From contig JACPKM010000008.1 of the NCBI GenBank assembly GCA_016187025.1, forward strand, positions 1,361 through 65,360: a DNA stretch of 64,000 bases. The letters run 5' to 3'. Shown in pieces: positions 9,783-18,607 of this stretch (the first letter of the stretch is position 1; each line of letters starts with the position of its first letter). The translations under genes and the position numbers were made by a program. The DNA is from Candidatus Daviesbacteria bacterium. Lineage in GTDB: Bacteria > Patescibacteriota > Microgenomatia > Daviesbacterales > UBA10151. Under the pieces are notes generated by a model. It had not been told where the DNA came from. It saw only the letters and a program-made list of their open reading frames with translations, and did not search any database.

Positions 9783-11051
9783 CTAGTCTAGTATAGCCTC
9801 CTCTAGCTCTTTTACACCTCCGAAAGCTATGCGGTCTGCTACCAGCTCTTTTGTCCCTATCATCCTGGCAGGGGTTATTACAAAGTTTCCCCACCTCTCG
9901 TTTACCTCATCTACGGCTTTTGTTAACTTCTCCTTTTTTTCTATATCTTCAAATAGACACATCTGGGTATTTACACACTTTTGCAGATTAAAAACCGATT
10001 CTGCCAAATTCCTGACCGGTTTTTTATAGGGGGAGTGAGTCATTATTTTAAAAGCTATTTTATAGATATCCCTGGAGTCAAAGATATAATCCGGCAAACT
10101 CACTCCCTGATGCCAAAAGGAGTTATCCCTGTAAACCATGGCTACATGTACCCCTCTTGTCCTATACCCTGCCCTCCGTAGCCTCATTCCGGTCTTTTCT
10201 ACCAGCTTTTGCAGTATTGGAGATAACTGCTCCGGAGTAACCAAAGGTTTTGGCAGGGCATAAGAGTTGCCATAGCTTTTACTGGAAAAATCCACATCAT
10301 CTATCTCCCACCCTCTCAGTCTTAGATACCAATAGTAACCTAACACAGATTCAAAAGCAGCTTTAGTTTTCCAGACTGGAGATTTATAAAAATCCCAAAT
10401 AGTAAAAATTCCCATATGGTTTAGCCTGATGGCATTTTTGGCCTTAATCCCACATAGATCCATCAAACCCAGTTTATGATAGATTCTCTGATAGTTACTT
10501 TTATCAACAACATCCAACCCGTCAGGCTTATGTAAACCGGCTGCTGTTTTGGCCAAAAACCTGTTTGGGGCGATACCTATGGAAACTGTTAACCACTCCC
10601 CTATCTCTGCTTTGATCCTATCCTTTATCTCTTCTGCTGCATTTACCATCCCTTTTTTAAAAGCTGGGTAACCTTCCAGGTCCAAGACAAATTCATCTAT
10701 AGATTTGGGAGTAAGCTTATCTGTGTAATCCAGTAAGATATTTTTCAGCTGGATGTGTACGCTTCTGTATTTCATCGGATCCGGGGAAAGCACAATTAGC
10801 TTTGGATAAAGCATCTTCCCGTCTTTGACTCTCATCCCGGTTTTGATACCAAATTTTTTGGCCTCTACAGAGGGTGCCAGGATACATCCGGAGGGTGTTG
10901 TATAAGCTGCAACTGCAATAGGCTTGCCCCGAAGCTTGGGGTTAGCCTGCTGCTCAATAGTGGCAAAGCATGAGTTTAGATCTATATGCAAAATAGTAGG
11001 ACCCTTAGGATTGAAAGGTAGCTCTAAACTTGGATTAATCACTTTCGCCAT
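9783..11051 (-). CDS. Y-family (DinB/UmuC-like) translesion DNA polymerase
   Basis: N-terminal ILHIDLNSCFATIEQQANPKLRGKPIAV matches the Y-family catalytic core (ILHVDMDCFFA...). 422 aa, with palm/finger blocks. Confidence 0.8.
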   Translation of the reverse strand: MAKVINPSLELPFNPKGPTILHIDLNSCFATIEQQANPKLRGKPIAVAAYTTPSGCILAPSVEAKKFGIKTGMRVKDGKMLYPKLIVLSPDPMKYRSVHIQLKNILLDYTDKLTPKSIDEFVLDLEGYPAFKKGMVNAAEEIKDRIKAEIGEWLTVSIGIAPNRFLAKTAAGLHKPDGLDVVDKSNYQRIYHKLGLMDLCGIKAKNAIRLNHMGIFTIWDFYKSPVWKTKAAFESVLGYYWYLRLRGWEIDDVDFSSKSYGNSYALPKPLVTPEQLSPILQKLVEKTGMRLRRAGYRTRGVHVAMVYRDNSFWHQGVSLPDYIFDSRDIYKIAFKIMTHSPYKKPVRNLAESVFNLQKCVNTQMCLFEDIEKKEKLTKAVDEVNERWGNFVITPARMIGTKELVADRIAFGGVKELEEAILD

Positions 11052-11337
11052 CTGAGATCTCCTCCAAACTCCAGTGTAGGTTATCCGTATTTAAAACCAG
11101 CCTAAAAAAGAGGCTGGGGCTTTCTACTGAAAAAACATGAAAAAGGGTCCTACCGGTTCTGTACATATGATGAAACCCGACTTTTGTAATAGGGTAGCTT
11201 CTGCCTTCCCAAACTACTACCTCAGGATAAACTTTTCTTACTTTAGGATCAAAAGTGCAGGTAACCAGTACCGGGACGCTAATCTTTTGTAGCATAGATG
11301 TACTATTAATATAGTCCGAATAAAACCCAAATATCAA
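11035..11337 (-). CDS. Hypothetical 100-aa protein translationally coupled to the Y-family polymerase
   Basis: 17-nt overlap with the polymerase start. No UmuD/S24 peptidase or YolD signature recognised. Confidence 0.4.
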   Translation of the reverse strand: MIFGFYSDYINSTSMLQKISVPVLVTCTFDPKVRKVYPEVVVWEGRSYPITKVGFHHMYRTGRTLFHVFSVESPSLFFRLVLNTDNLHWSLEEISDGESD

Positions 11338-11391
11338 TAATTAAAGTTACTGCTGATTCTGTTTAGCTTTGATGTTAAAATAGTTCCGCTT

Positions 11392-13104
11392 ATGAAATGT
11401 CTCCTAGTATTAATAACTTCTTTAGTGTTATTTAATCTTTTTACCGTGAAGGTATCTGCTGTCTATGATCCAATGTCTACTCCTAACAATAAGTTTGGAA
11501 TACATCTGATACAGGCAACACATGATGAGTCATCCCCTGCTGCAGAGCTGGTTAACTCCTCAGGCGGAGACTGGGGTTATGTAACTGTTTTGATTGAGAG
11601 CAAAGACAGAAAAGAAGATAAATGGAATAATTTTTTCAATGATTTAAGAAGAAGGCATTTGATCCCCTTGGTTAGGCTGGCAACTCAACCTGAAGGGGAA
11701 TATTGGAAAAGACCTTATGAAGGTGAAGAACAAGCATGGGCAGATTTTTTGGATAACCTTAACTGGCCAACTAAAAACAGATATGTCATCGTTTATAACG
11801 AACCAAACCATGCCCAGGAATGGGGAAACCAAACTGACCCAAAATTGTATGCAAAAGTTCTAGACAAGACTATTACAGCGCTTAAAAATAAAAATAGGAA
11901 CTTTTTTGTACTCAATGCTGGTTTTGATGCTTCAACCCCTCACCAACCTCCTAAATATATGGACCAATATAGCTTTATGCAACAAATGAATGAGGAGGTA
12001 CCGGGAATATTTGAAAAATTAGACGGTTGGGTTTCTCATTCCTACCCTAATCCTGAATTTTCAGGATCACCTACTAGTACAGGAAGAGGAACAGTCAGAA
12101 CCTGGGTTTGGGAACTGCAGATATTGAGCCAGCTGGGAATTAAGAAGGCTTTACCTATTTTCATTACAGAAACAGGATGGAAACACGCTGAAGGATTAAT
12201 TCAAAATAATTCTTATCTCTCAGCTGAAAAAGTAGCGGAATATTATCAACACGCTTTTCAAAATGCCTGGGCTTCATCAAGAATTGTTTCTATAACACCT
12301 TTTTTACTAAGCTACCAGGAAATTCCTTTTGATCACTTCTCATTTAAAAGAATAAGTACAGACAATGCAGATTCCACAAAGTATTATCCTCAATATCAGG
12401 CACTACAAAGTTTAACAAAGACAAAAGGAAAGCCCTTGCAAGAGAATAAAGCCCAGCTTGAATCAGGTGAGATATATAGAAGCTTAGTAGTAAGTGAAAG
12501 CTATAATATTTCTTTAAGGATTAAAAACATTGGACAAAGCATTTGGAATGATCAGGAAACGGTTAAACTAGTGGCTATCCAAGGCGGAGCGCAACTGGGG
12601 ATAAACTCTATTGAAATCCCAAAAGAAGTTAAAGTTGAGCCCGGCAAAGAATATATCTTTAATTTTTCTATTAAATCACCTCAAGGTGGCCATTTTAAAG
12701 TAGTTTTAAATTTGTTTACGTCAGATAAGCAATTTGAATCAAAGCCTTTTGAGTTTGAGACGGAGGTTAAATCTCCTGTGATCTTGAAAGTGAAAAGCTC
12801 ACTTAAGTGGAAGGGAAATAAGGCAGGAAACTATTTATTAAAAGTCGTTGGAGCAGTTGGCGAAACGGTTCAGAATATTATTTTGAACCCTGAAGGCGAG
12901 TCTGAAGAGATTGAGGCTAGGTATTTACTTCCTGATTACACCTTTGACTTTACTTTATCCCGCCCTTATTATCACCCAATTACTATTAAACAAAAAGTCT
13001 CACCGGGTATAAATATTCTTGATTTTGGCATATTACAGCCTAACTTATTTCCGGCACTTATTAATCCTAGCAAGCTTTGGGAACTACTTCCTTTTACCAC
13101 ATAA
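11392..13104 (+). CDS. Secreted clan GH-A glycoside hydrolase (GH5-like) with C-terminal Ig-like domains
   Basis: Signal peptide. IVYNEPNH (acid/base NEP) and FITETGW (nucleophile Glu) blocks. Confidence 0.6.
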   Translation: MKCLLVLITSLVLFNLFTVKVSAVYDPMSTPNNKFGIHLIQATHDESSPAAELVNSSGGDWGYVTVLIESKDRKEDKWNNFFNDLRRRHLIPLVRLATQPEGEYWKRPYEGEEQAWADFLDNLNWPTKNRYVIVYNEPNHAQEWGNQTDPKLYAKVLDKTITALKNKNRNFFVLNAGFDASTPHQPPKYMDQYSFMQQMNEEVPGIFEKLDGWVSHSYPNPEFSGSPTSTGRGTVRTWVWELQILSQLGIKKALPIFITETGWKHAEGLIQNNSYLSAEKVAEYYQHAFQNAWASSRIVSITPFLLSYQEIPFDHFSFKRISTDNADSTKYYPQYQALQSLTKTKGKPLQENKAQLESGEIYRSLVVSESYNISLRIKNIGQSIWNDQETVKLVAIQGGAQLGINSIEIPKEVKVEPGKEYIFNFSIKSPQGGHFKVVLNLFTSDKQFESKPFEFETEVKSPVILKVKSSLKWKGNKAGNYLLKVVGAVGETVQNIILNPEGESEEIEARYLLPDYTFDFTLSRPYYHPITIKQKVSPGINILDFGILQPNLFPALINPSKLWELLPFTT

Positions 13105-13212
13105 AACTTATTATTCCTTCAGGTAAGCTCAGTAAAGTACGCATTTATTCAAAACTGGATCTAGTGTCTAAATTCAGGTAAAATACAAATGGTTCTTAAT
13201 ACTTCATTAAAT

Positions 13213-13288
13213 GGTGGCTGTAGCTCAGTGGTAGAGCGTCGGTTTGTGGAACCGAATGTCGCGGGTTCGATCCCCGTCAGTCACCCCA
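13213..13288 (+). tRNA. tRNA-His (anticodon GTG) with G-1 and encoded CCA
   Basis: Extra 5' G at 13213 opposite discriminator C. Acceptor GTGGCTG/CAGTCAC. Anticodon loop TTGTGGA. T loop TTCGATC. The 3' end is ...CAC C CCA. Confidence 0.85.
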
Positions 13289-13357
13289 AAGATTTTTGAG
13301 GCTAATTTAAGATACCGCTGACTGGATTATTGAACCCATAAATCCTATAATCTTCTT

Positions 13358-13696
13358 ATGGTTGAGAAAAGTTGCGTTTATAAACTTATTGATCGAACTC
13401 AAAATATATATACTTCAGGCGGAACGCTATCTGATGCCATAGGACAAATAGATCATTATCAGTCTTTAGTAAGAAGAGCTTATGGTCCAATTAAAAATCC
13501 TCTACACCGAATATTCACCTCTAGAATAGGACTATTAAGTTTAGCGACTTACGAATACGGTCGTTTTAAGGGAATACCTCTTCCTAATTTAAATCATTTA
13601 ATACAAACAGCATGGCCCATTAAAAGAAGAGTCAGACTAATTTTATTTGGCGGCCAAGATATTTTCGACATCAGACCCAACTCTATAGACTTTTAG
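13358..13696 (+). CDS. Hypothetical protein
   Basis: 112-aa ORF only, no motif. Lies in a tRNA-adjacent region. Confidence 0.25.
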   Translation: MVEKSCVYKLIDRTQNIYTSGGTLSDAIGQIDHYQSLVRRAYGPIKNPLHRIFTSRIGLLSLATYEYGRFKGIPLPNLNHLIQTAWPIKRRVRLILFGGQDIFDIRPNSIDF

Positions 13697-13726
13697 TTGG
13701 GTACAAACAACGTCCAGCCAGGTAAG

Positions 13727-13990
13727 TTATTCTACAGAAAAATGAGGAACCTTCAGGTCTTCCGAAACTTCTACATTTAGTTCTTCCTCAACACCAGTTA
13801 ATCTGGTATCAACTCTCTCAATATTCTGTTGATTAATTTTGTAACTATCGGCACATGATTTAACAGTAACTTCTAACTCAGTTACTGAAGGTAATAATCT
13901 ATTTTCCTGAACATCCTTTAATTCCTTTATATCTTCCCGAAGCGGAGCTATTGCTTCATCTAATATTTTCTTAAACGTATTTTCATCCAT
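13727..13990 (-). CDS. Small coiled-coil protein, paralogous to the C-terminus of 14276..14710
   Basis: K/E-rich 87-aa ORF. Its C-terminal block (NIERVDTRLTGVEEE) resembles TDVERIERKLDSYIDE of the neighbour. Confidence 0.4.
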   Translation of the reverse strand: MDENTFKKILDEAIAPLREDIKELKDVQENRLLPSVTELEVTVKSCADSYKINQQNIERVDTRLTGVEEELNVEVSEDLKVPHFSVE

Positions 13991-14224
13991 TAATTAATCA
14001 TATTACCATCTAAATGAAAAGACAAGATATTTTATCTGTATCAGACCTTATCGTATTTTGAATAGTAATTCGGAATTAAATAAATAGGTTTAAATTGCTT
14101 TAACCGGGTACAAAGTAAGCAAAGCTTGCGATTCTTCAAACTTTTCGAAGAAGAGTATATAATCTGTCTACTTACCACACTAATGCTAGCTTAGAATTCT
14201 TATTTTTTATTGAAGTTTTTACCT

Positions 14225-14267
14225 CGAAGCTACGTACCGATTTCTGGTACATGGCGAAGCGGGACAG
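14225..14267. repeat. Dispersed ~45-nt element CGAAGC-GTACCGATTTCTGGTAC-GGCGAAGCGGGACAG, copy 1 of 3
   Basis: Near-identical reverse-complement copy at 56054-56098 (4 mismatches over ~46 nt) and a diverged copy at 63674-63730. The core GTACC-GATTTCT-GGTAC is a perfect 5-bp stem with a 7-nt loop. Confidence 0.6.
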
Positions 14268-14275
14268 TCCCACGT

Positions 14276-14710
14276 TTATTTATTTTTCTTCACCTTCAAT
14301 TCATGAGCTACAGTTGGCAGCGCTTCAATATCACCGACTCTAGCTTTAAGCACTATAGTTTCATCAATATAAGAATCTAATTTTCTCTCTATTCTTTCAA
14401 CATCTGTTTTATCAGCCTTTTCATCAATAAGCGGTATTAGATGATCAGAAACGAAGTCTACAATTCCTTTAATTACTCTCTTTTCACTGGCAGATATCTC
14501 TTCACTCAGGTCTTGTCTAACGGCAGATATCTCTTCACTCAGGTCTTGTCTAACGGCAGATATCTCTTCACTCAGGTCTTGTCTAACGGCAGATATCTCT
14601 TCACTCAGGTCTTGTCTACTAGTAGATATTTCTTTCTTTATCTCCCCCTTAAATTTATCCAATTTAGAATCCATGAGAGTACTTAGCTTGTTTACATCAT
14701 CATCAGTCAT
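14276..14710 (-). CDS. Coiled-coil protein with 11-aa tandem repeats (RQDLSEEISAV x4)
   Basis: 144-aa ORF. The repeats are encoded by 33-bp tandem units at 14491-14640. Confidence 0.45.
   Translation of the reverse strand: MTDDDVNKLSTLMDSKLDKFKGEIKKEISTSRQDLSEEISAVRQDLSEEISAVRQDLSEEISAVRQDLSEEISASEKRVIKGIVDFVSDHLIPLIDEKADKTDVERIERKLDSYIDETIVLKARVGDIEALPTVAHELKVKKNK
14491..14640. repeat. 33-bp tandem repeat, about 4.5 copies (cagatatctcttcactcaggtcttgtctaacgg)
   Basis: Three identical units at 14491-14589, a fourth with a variant 3' end, then a degenerate partial fifth. In-frame within the CDS. Confidence 0.85.
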
Positions 14711-14801
14711 ATAATCTTATATTAGTAGGGAAGGGATAAAATTACAAGATAACTTATCTGTATCAGAAGGCTTTTAATAAAAGCTATAATTAAGTTAGCA
14801 T

Positions 14802-17198
14802 ATGAAGATGTATTCCAAATTCTTGCTCCCATGGTTTATTTTCCGCAGGAAAACAGTCCCATGGTTTATTTTCCGCAGGAAAACAGTCCCATGGTTTATT
14901 TTGTTGATAACATTACTGTTTTTCTATAAAGCTTTCTTGGGCCTTATTCCCTTGCCTGCAGATTTGATTACAGGTGCTTATTATCCTTGGCTTGATTACA
15001 AGTGGGGTAACAGTGTAGGAGTACCTGTTAAAAATTCCTTGCCTACAGATGCAGTATCAATAATCTATCCACTAAGATCTTATGCCTCCGATCTAATTAA
15101 ACAAGGCCAGCTGCCTTTATGGAACCCTTTAATGTTTACTGGATATCCTTTAATCGCGAGTCAGCCGCTTGGGTTATACTTTCCGACATTTGTATATTAT
15201 CTAATTTTTTCAAAGCAGCTGGCATGGACTTTGCAAATAATCTCTCAGGTATTAATCGCTTCCTTTTCCATGTATTTTTTAGCAAGGCACTTGGCCTTAA
15301 GCAAACTTTCCAGCCTTTTTTCTTCCATTTCTTTTGGTTTTGGAGGTTTCTCTTTAATATGGCTTGAATGGAATACCCAATCAACAGCAAGCGCACTATT
15401 ACCGCTTCTCATCTTGCTTGAGGATAAGTTAATAGTCACCAAGAAAATTAAATGGGTTTCGCCTTTAGCTTTAGCATTTACTTTGCAGCTTTTCTCGGGA
15501 TATTTTCCCGTAACCATTTTTTCAGTTCTGGCAATGTTTATTTGGTTTCTTTTTAGGAAATCTGTAAAGGGTACATTTTTACTTTTTCTATCTCTTGCTC
15601 TTGGCGTAGGCCTGGGAGGTGTTTTACTACTTCCTGCTTTTGAACTTTTTCAAAATTCTCAGAGATTGTTTGAAGTTCTAGATAAACCTGATGCTTTTAC
15701 ACCTTTTATATATCTCATTAATCTGCTGATTCCTGATTTTTTTGGAAACCCGGCTACAGCTAATTTTTGGGCTCCGGGTAATTACTTAAACGTTGCTTTA
15801 TACTGCGGGGTTTTAACTATCGTTTTGGCTATGGTTGCCACTTATCTTACCTCTAGGCAAAAATTAACTTTAACTCTTTTGGCGATATTTGTTATTACAA
15901 TGCTCGTTACTTTAGATAACCCACTATCAAGGTTCCTATATGAGATGGGAGTTTGGGGTGGGTCTTCAATGACTATGAACAGATCCTTTTTCCTGATTAA
16001 TTTTAGTCTCGGTTTACTTGCAGGTATTGGTTTGGAGAAAATGAATCATAAACTAGTGAAAAGCTATTTGATCTCAACCTTAGTAATTGGTTTTGCCTTA
16101 CTAATATCTTTTCTTGCTTCTTTTTCTTTGAGGAGCATGGAGCCAAATCTGATGATAAGTTTTAAAAATATAATTTTGCCTCTTGTCCTCGTTTTTGCAA
16201 CTCTTATCCTTTTTTTAGCCTACAAAATATTCAATATCAGCGAGTCTTTTGTACAACTTGGACTTGTTGTTTTGCTAACTTTGGAGCTATTTAGATTTGG
16301 CTGGAAATTTAATAGTTTTACTCCTGAAAAATATATTTACCCTCCAACGGATTTAACAGACTTTCTAATAAAGCATCCTAATTCAAGATTTGTAAGCGAA
16401 ACGACAATCCTACCTCCTAATATGTGGGTTCCTTATATGCTTGAATCACCAAGTGGGTACGATTCTGTTTATCCTTTAAATATTGCAAAACTCATTGCTG
16501 TCATAAACTCACATGATGTTACAGCCTCGCCTCAAACAAAAAACGGTGTTATCACCTCTTACACTTCCCCTATGCTCAGAATTACAGGAACAAGGTTTAT
16601 TATAGTTCCCAAAAGAGACAAACAAGATATAAAGAAAACCGGCTCCATAGAGCCTAAACTACAAAATCCTAATTTTAAAAAAGTCTTTGAATCAGGAAGT
16701 ATTGTTGTTTTGGAAAATACTAATTATTTGCCAAGGGCCTATCTTACATCAAAGGTGATCAAGCAAAATCAGCAGGACACCTTATTGACCTTAATGGATG
16801 AAGGATTTCTACCTCTGGAAAAAACTTTAAGCGAAGATTTTGAGATAGATAACCAAAGTAATCAAAAAATTAGACAAATACCCTCCTATAAAGCAATAGC
16901 AAACAACCATGTCCAGGTAATAACAGATTCTGATATTGATTCGATGCTGGTTGTATTAAATAACTTTTATCCTGGCTGGGAAGCTAAAATCGATTCGGTT
17001 CCCACAAGAATACACAGGGTTAATTACTCCTTTAATGGTGTCTATGTTCCAAAGGGTAAACATATAATAGATTTTTACTATATCCCAAAAGCTTTAATAT
17101 ATGGGGCTTTAATATCTCTTTTATCAGGGTGTATTTTAATTTTTATCCTTGTAAGCAAATTTACCAACATCAATTTTGGTAACATCCAATATCGTTAA
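14802..17198 (+). CDS. YfhO-family polytopic membrane protein (putative GT-C-like glycosyltransferase)
   Basis: 798 aa with many TM helices. The block GQLPLWNPLMFTGYPLIASQPLG matches YfhO LPLWNPYIFSGTPLLADPQ. Confidence 0.7.
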   Translation: MKMYSKFLLPWFIFRRKTVPWFIFRRKTVPWFILLITLLFFYKAFLGLIPLPADLITGAYYPWLDYKWGNSVGVPVKNSLPTDAVSIIYPLRSYASDLIKQGQLPLWNPLMFTGYPLIASQPLGLYFPTFVYYLIFSKQLAWTLQIISQVLIASFSMYFLARHLALSKLSSLFSSISFGFGGFSLIWLEWNTQSTASALLPLLILLEDKLIVTKKIKWVSPLALAFTLQLFSGYFPVTIFSVLAMFIWFLFRKSVKGTFLLFLSLALGVGLGGVLLLPAFELFQNSQRLFEVLDKPDAFTPFIYLINLLIPDFFGNPATANFWAPGNYLNVALYCGVLTIVLAMVATYLTSRQKLTLTLLAIFVITMLVTLDNPLSRFLYEMGVWGGSSMTMNRSFFLINFSLGLLAGIGLEKMNHKLVKSYLISTLVIGFALLISFLASFSLRSMEPNLMISFKNIILPLVLVFATLILFLAYKIFNISESFVQLGLVVLLTLELFRFGWKFNSFTPEKYIYPPTDLTDFLIKHPNSRFVSETTILPPNMWVPYMLESPSGYDSVYPLNIAKLIAVINSHDVTASPQTKNGVITSYTSPMLRITGTRFIIVPKRDKQDIKKTGSIEPKLQNPNFKKVFESGSIVVLENTNYLPRAYLTSKVIKQNQQDTLLTLMDEGFLPLEKTLSEDFEIDNQSNQKIRQIPSYKAIANNHVQVITDSDIDSMLVVLNNFYPGWEAKIDSVPTRIHRVNYSFNGVYVPKGKHIIDFYYIPKALIYGALISLLSGCILIFILVSKFTNINFGNIQYR
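14828..14903. repeat. 30-bp tandem duplication (about 2.5 copies) at the 5' end of the YfhO gene
   Basis: cccatggtttattttccgcaggaaaacagt is repeated and encodes PWFIFRRKTV twice. Each unit contains the hairpin TTTTCC-GCA-GGAAAA. Confidence 0.8.
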
Positions 17199-17210
17199 TT
17201 AACTCCAACA

Positions 17211-17239
17211 TTGACAAATGCAACACTCTTGCATATATT
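17211..17239 (+). promoter_or_regulatory. zur-znuACB promoter (TTGACA, 17-bp spacer, TATATT) with an overlapping palindromic operator ATGCAAcactcTTGCAT
   Basis: -35 at 17211-17216 and -10 at 17234-17239. A 6-5-6 inverted repeat at 17218-17234 lies in the spacer. A third half-site-like AATGCAAT follows. The Fur-family gene starts at 17261. Confidence 0.5.
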
Positions 17240-17260
17240 AAATGCAATCATACCGCATCT

Positions 17261-17695
17261 ATGGTAGTACAAGTTAAACATGATTGTAAAATAGAGTTAC
17301 ATAAGGTTGCTTTAAAAGCAACCCCTGCGCGTCTTGCAACCCTAAAAGTGCTTGAGGCAGCAAGCAAGCCCCTTGATGTAGCAACCATAAAATCAAAACT
17401 TAAAAAAGACGGGATTAATGCAGACCCGGCAACAATATTTCGAATGATGAATTCTTTCTCTGATAAAGGATTAGTCAGGGAAATTAATTTACAGGAAAGT
17501 AAACTGCGCTATGAGTATTCAGCCAAAGAGGATCACCATCACCTACTTTGTGAAAGCTGCGGCTCAATAGAAGATATTTCTGATTGTAATATTGAGACTT
17601 GGGAAAAGGAACTGCGGGAGAAAAAAGGATTTATGATAAAACATCATTCACTTGAATTTTTTGGGCTCTGTAAAAACTGCCAGAAATTAATATGA
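17261..17695 (+). CDS. zur: Fur-family metalloregulator, probably Zur
   Basis: HHHLLCESCGSIEDISDC metal-site motif, N-terminal wHTH, directly upstream of znuACB. Confidence 0.7.
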   Translation: MVVQVKHDCKIELHKVALKATPARLATLKVLEAASKPLDVATIKSKLKKDGINADPATIFRMMNSFSDKGLVREINLQESKLRYEYSAKEDHHHLLCESCGSIEDISDCNIETWEKELREKKGFMIKHHSLEFFGLCKNCQKLI

Positions 17696-18603
17696 AATTT
17701 TTAAAAGATAATTTAGCAGTCATTGGTATTATATTAGTAGTTGCAGCAACTGCTTCTGTATTTATCCCAAAAGTTGGCCCATTTAATACTAAACAGTCCG
17801 GTGTTGATGAAAAGTTACAGGTAACTACTTCGTTCTACCCTCTTTGGTATTTTGCAACACAAATTGGTGGAAATAAAGCAGATGTGACAAATATCACTCC
17901 TGCAGGCGTAGAACCACATGATTACGACCCTTCAACACAAAATATAGCAAGAATTGAAAGCGGAGATATGCTTGTTTTGAATGGTAGCCTAGAAACTTGG
18001 GCGGATAAAATAAAAGGAAACCTCAAGGGAACAAATATCAAAATAGTGATAGCAGGAGAAGGTCTGTTTACAAAGCCACAAGACCCTCATATTTGGCTTG
18101 ATCCTAAGCTTGCAAAAAGGCAAGTCAAAAAAATAACAGAAGGATATGCAGAAATCGATCCTATAAATGGAGGTTACTATCAAGATAATGAAAAGAAACT
18201 TAGCCAGAAACTGGATGAGCTTGATAACCAGTTTAAAGAGGGACTTAAGTCATGCAGAAGAAAGGACATGGTTACTTCTCATACAGCATTTGCATATCTT
18301 GCAGGGTCGTATGGGCTAAATCAGGTTGCAATTTCTGGACTTTCTCCTGATGAGCAGCCTCCTGCACAACAACTTGCAAAAGTAGCCGAGTTTGCAAAAA
18401 AAGAAAATGTTAAATATATTTTCTTTGAGAGTTTAGTGAGTCCAAAGCTTTCAGAAACTATTGCAAACGAAGCCGGAGCCCAAACTTTGGTACTTGATCC
18501 TATTGAAGGGTTATCAGATGATGATATTAAAGAAGGGAAAGATTATTTCAGTCTGATGCAGGAAAACCTGAAGAATTTGCAAATCGCTCTACAATGTTTG
18601 TAA
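17692..18603 (+). CDS. znuA: Metal (Zn/Mn) ABC transporter substrate-binding protein, TroA/ZnuA family
   Basis: PHIWLDP and VTSHTAFAYLAGSYGL blocks. N-terminal TM/signal. Confidence 0.75.
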   Translation: MKFLKDNLAVIGIILVVAATASVFIPKVGPFNTKQSGVDEKLQVTTSFYPLWYFATQIGGNKADVTNITPAGVEPHDYDPSTQNIARIESGDMLVLNGSLETWADKIKGNLKGTNIKIVIAGEGLFTKPQDPHIWLDPKLAKRQVKKITEGYAEIDPINGGYYQDNEKKLSQKLDELDNQFKEGLKSCRRKDMVTSHTAFAYLAGSYGLNQVAISGLSPDEQPPAQQLAKVAEFAKKENVKYIFFESLVSPKLSETIANEAGAQTLVLDPIEGLSDDDIKEGKDYFSLMQENLKNLQIALQCL

Positions 18604-18607
18604 AGCA

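Noticed and set aside
14491-14640. Possible CRISPR array suggested by regular 33-bp repeats
   Set aside because: The repeats are directly adjacent with no spacers. They lie in-frame inside a CDS and encode an 11-aa peptide repeat. No cas genes in the window.
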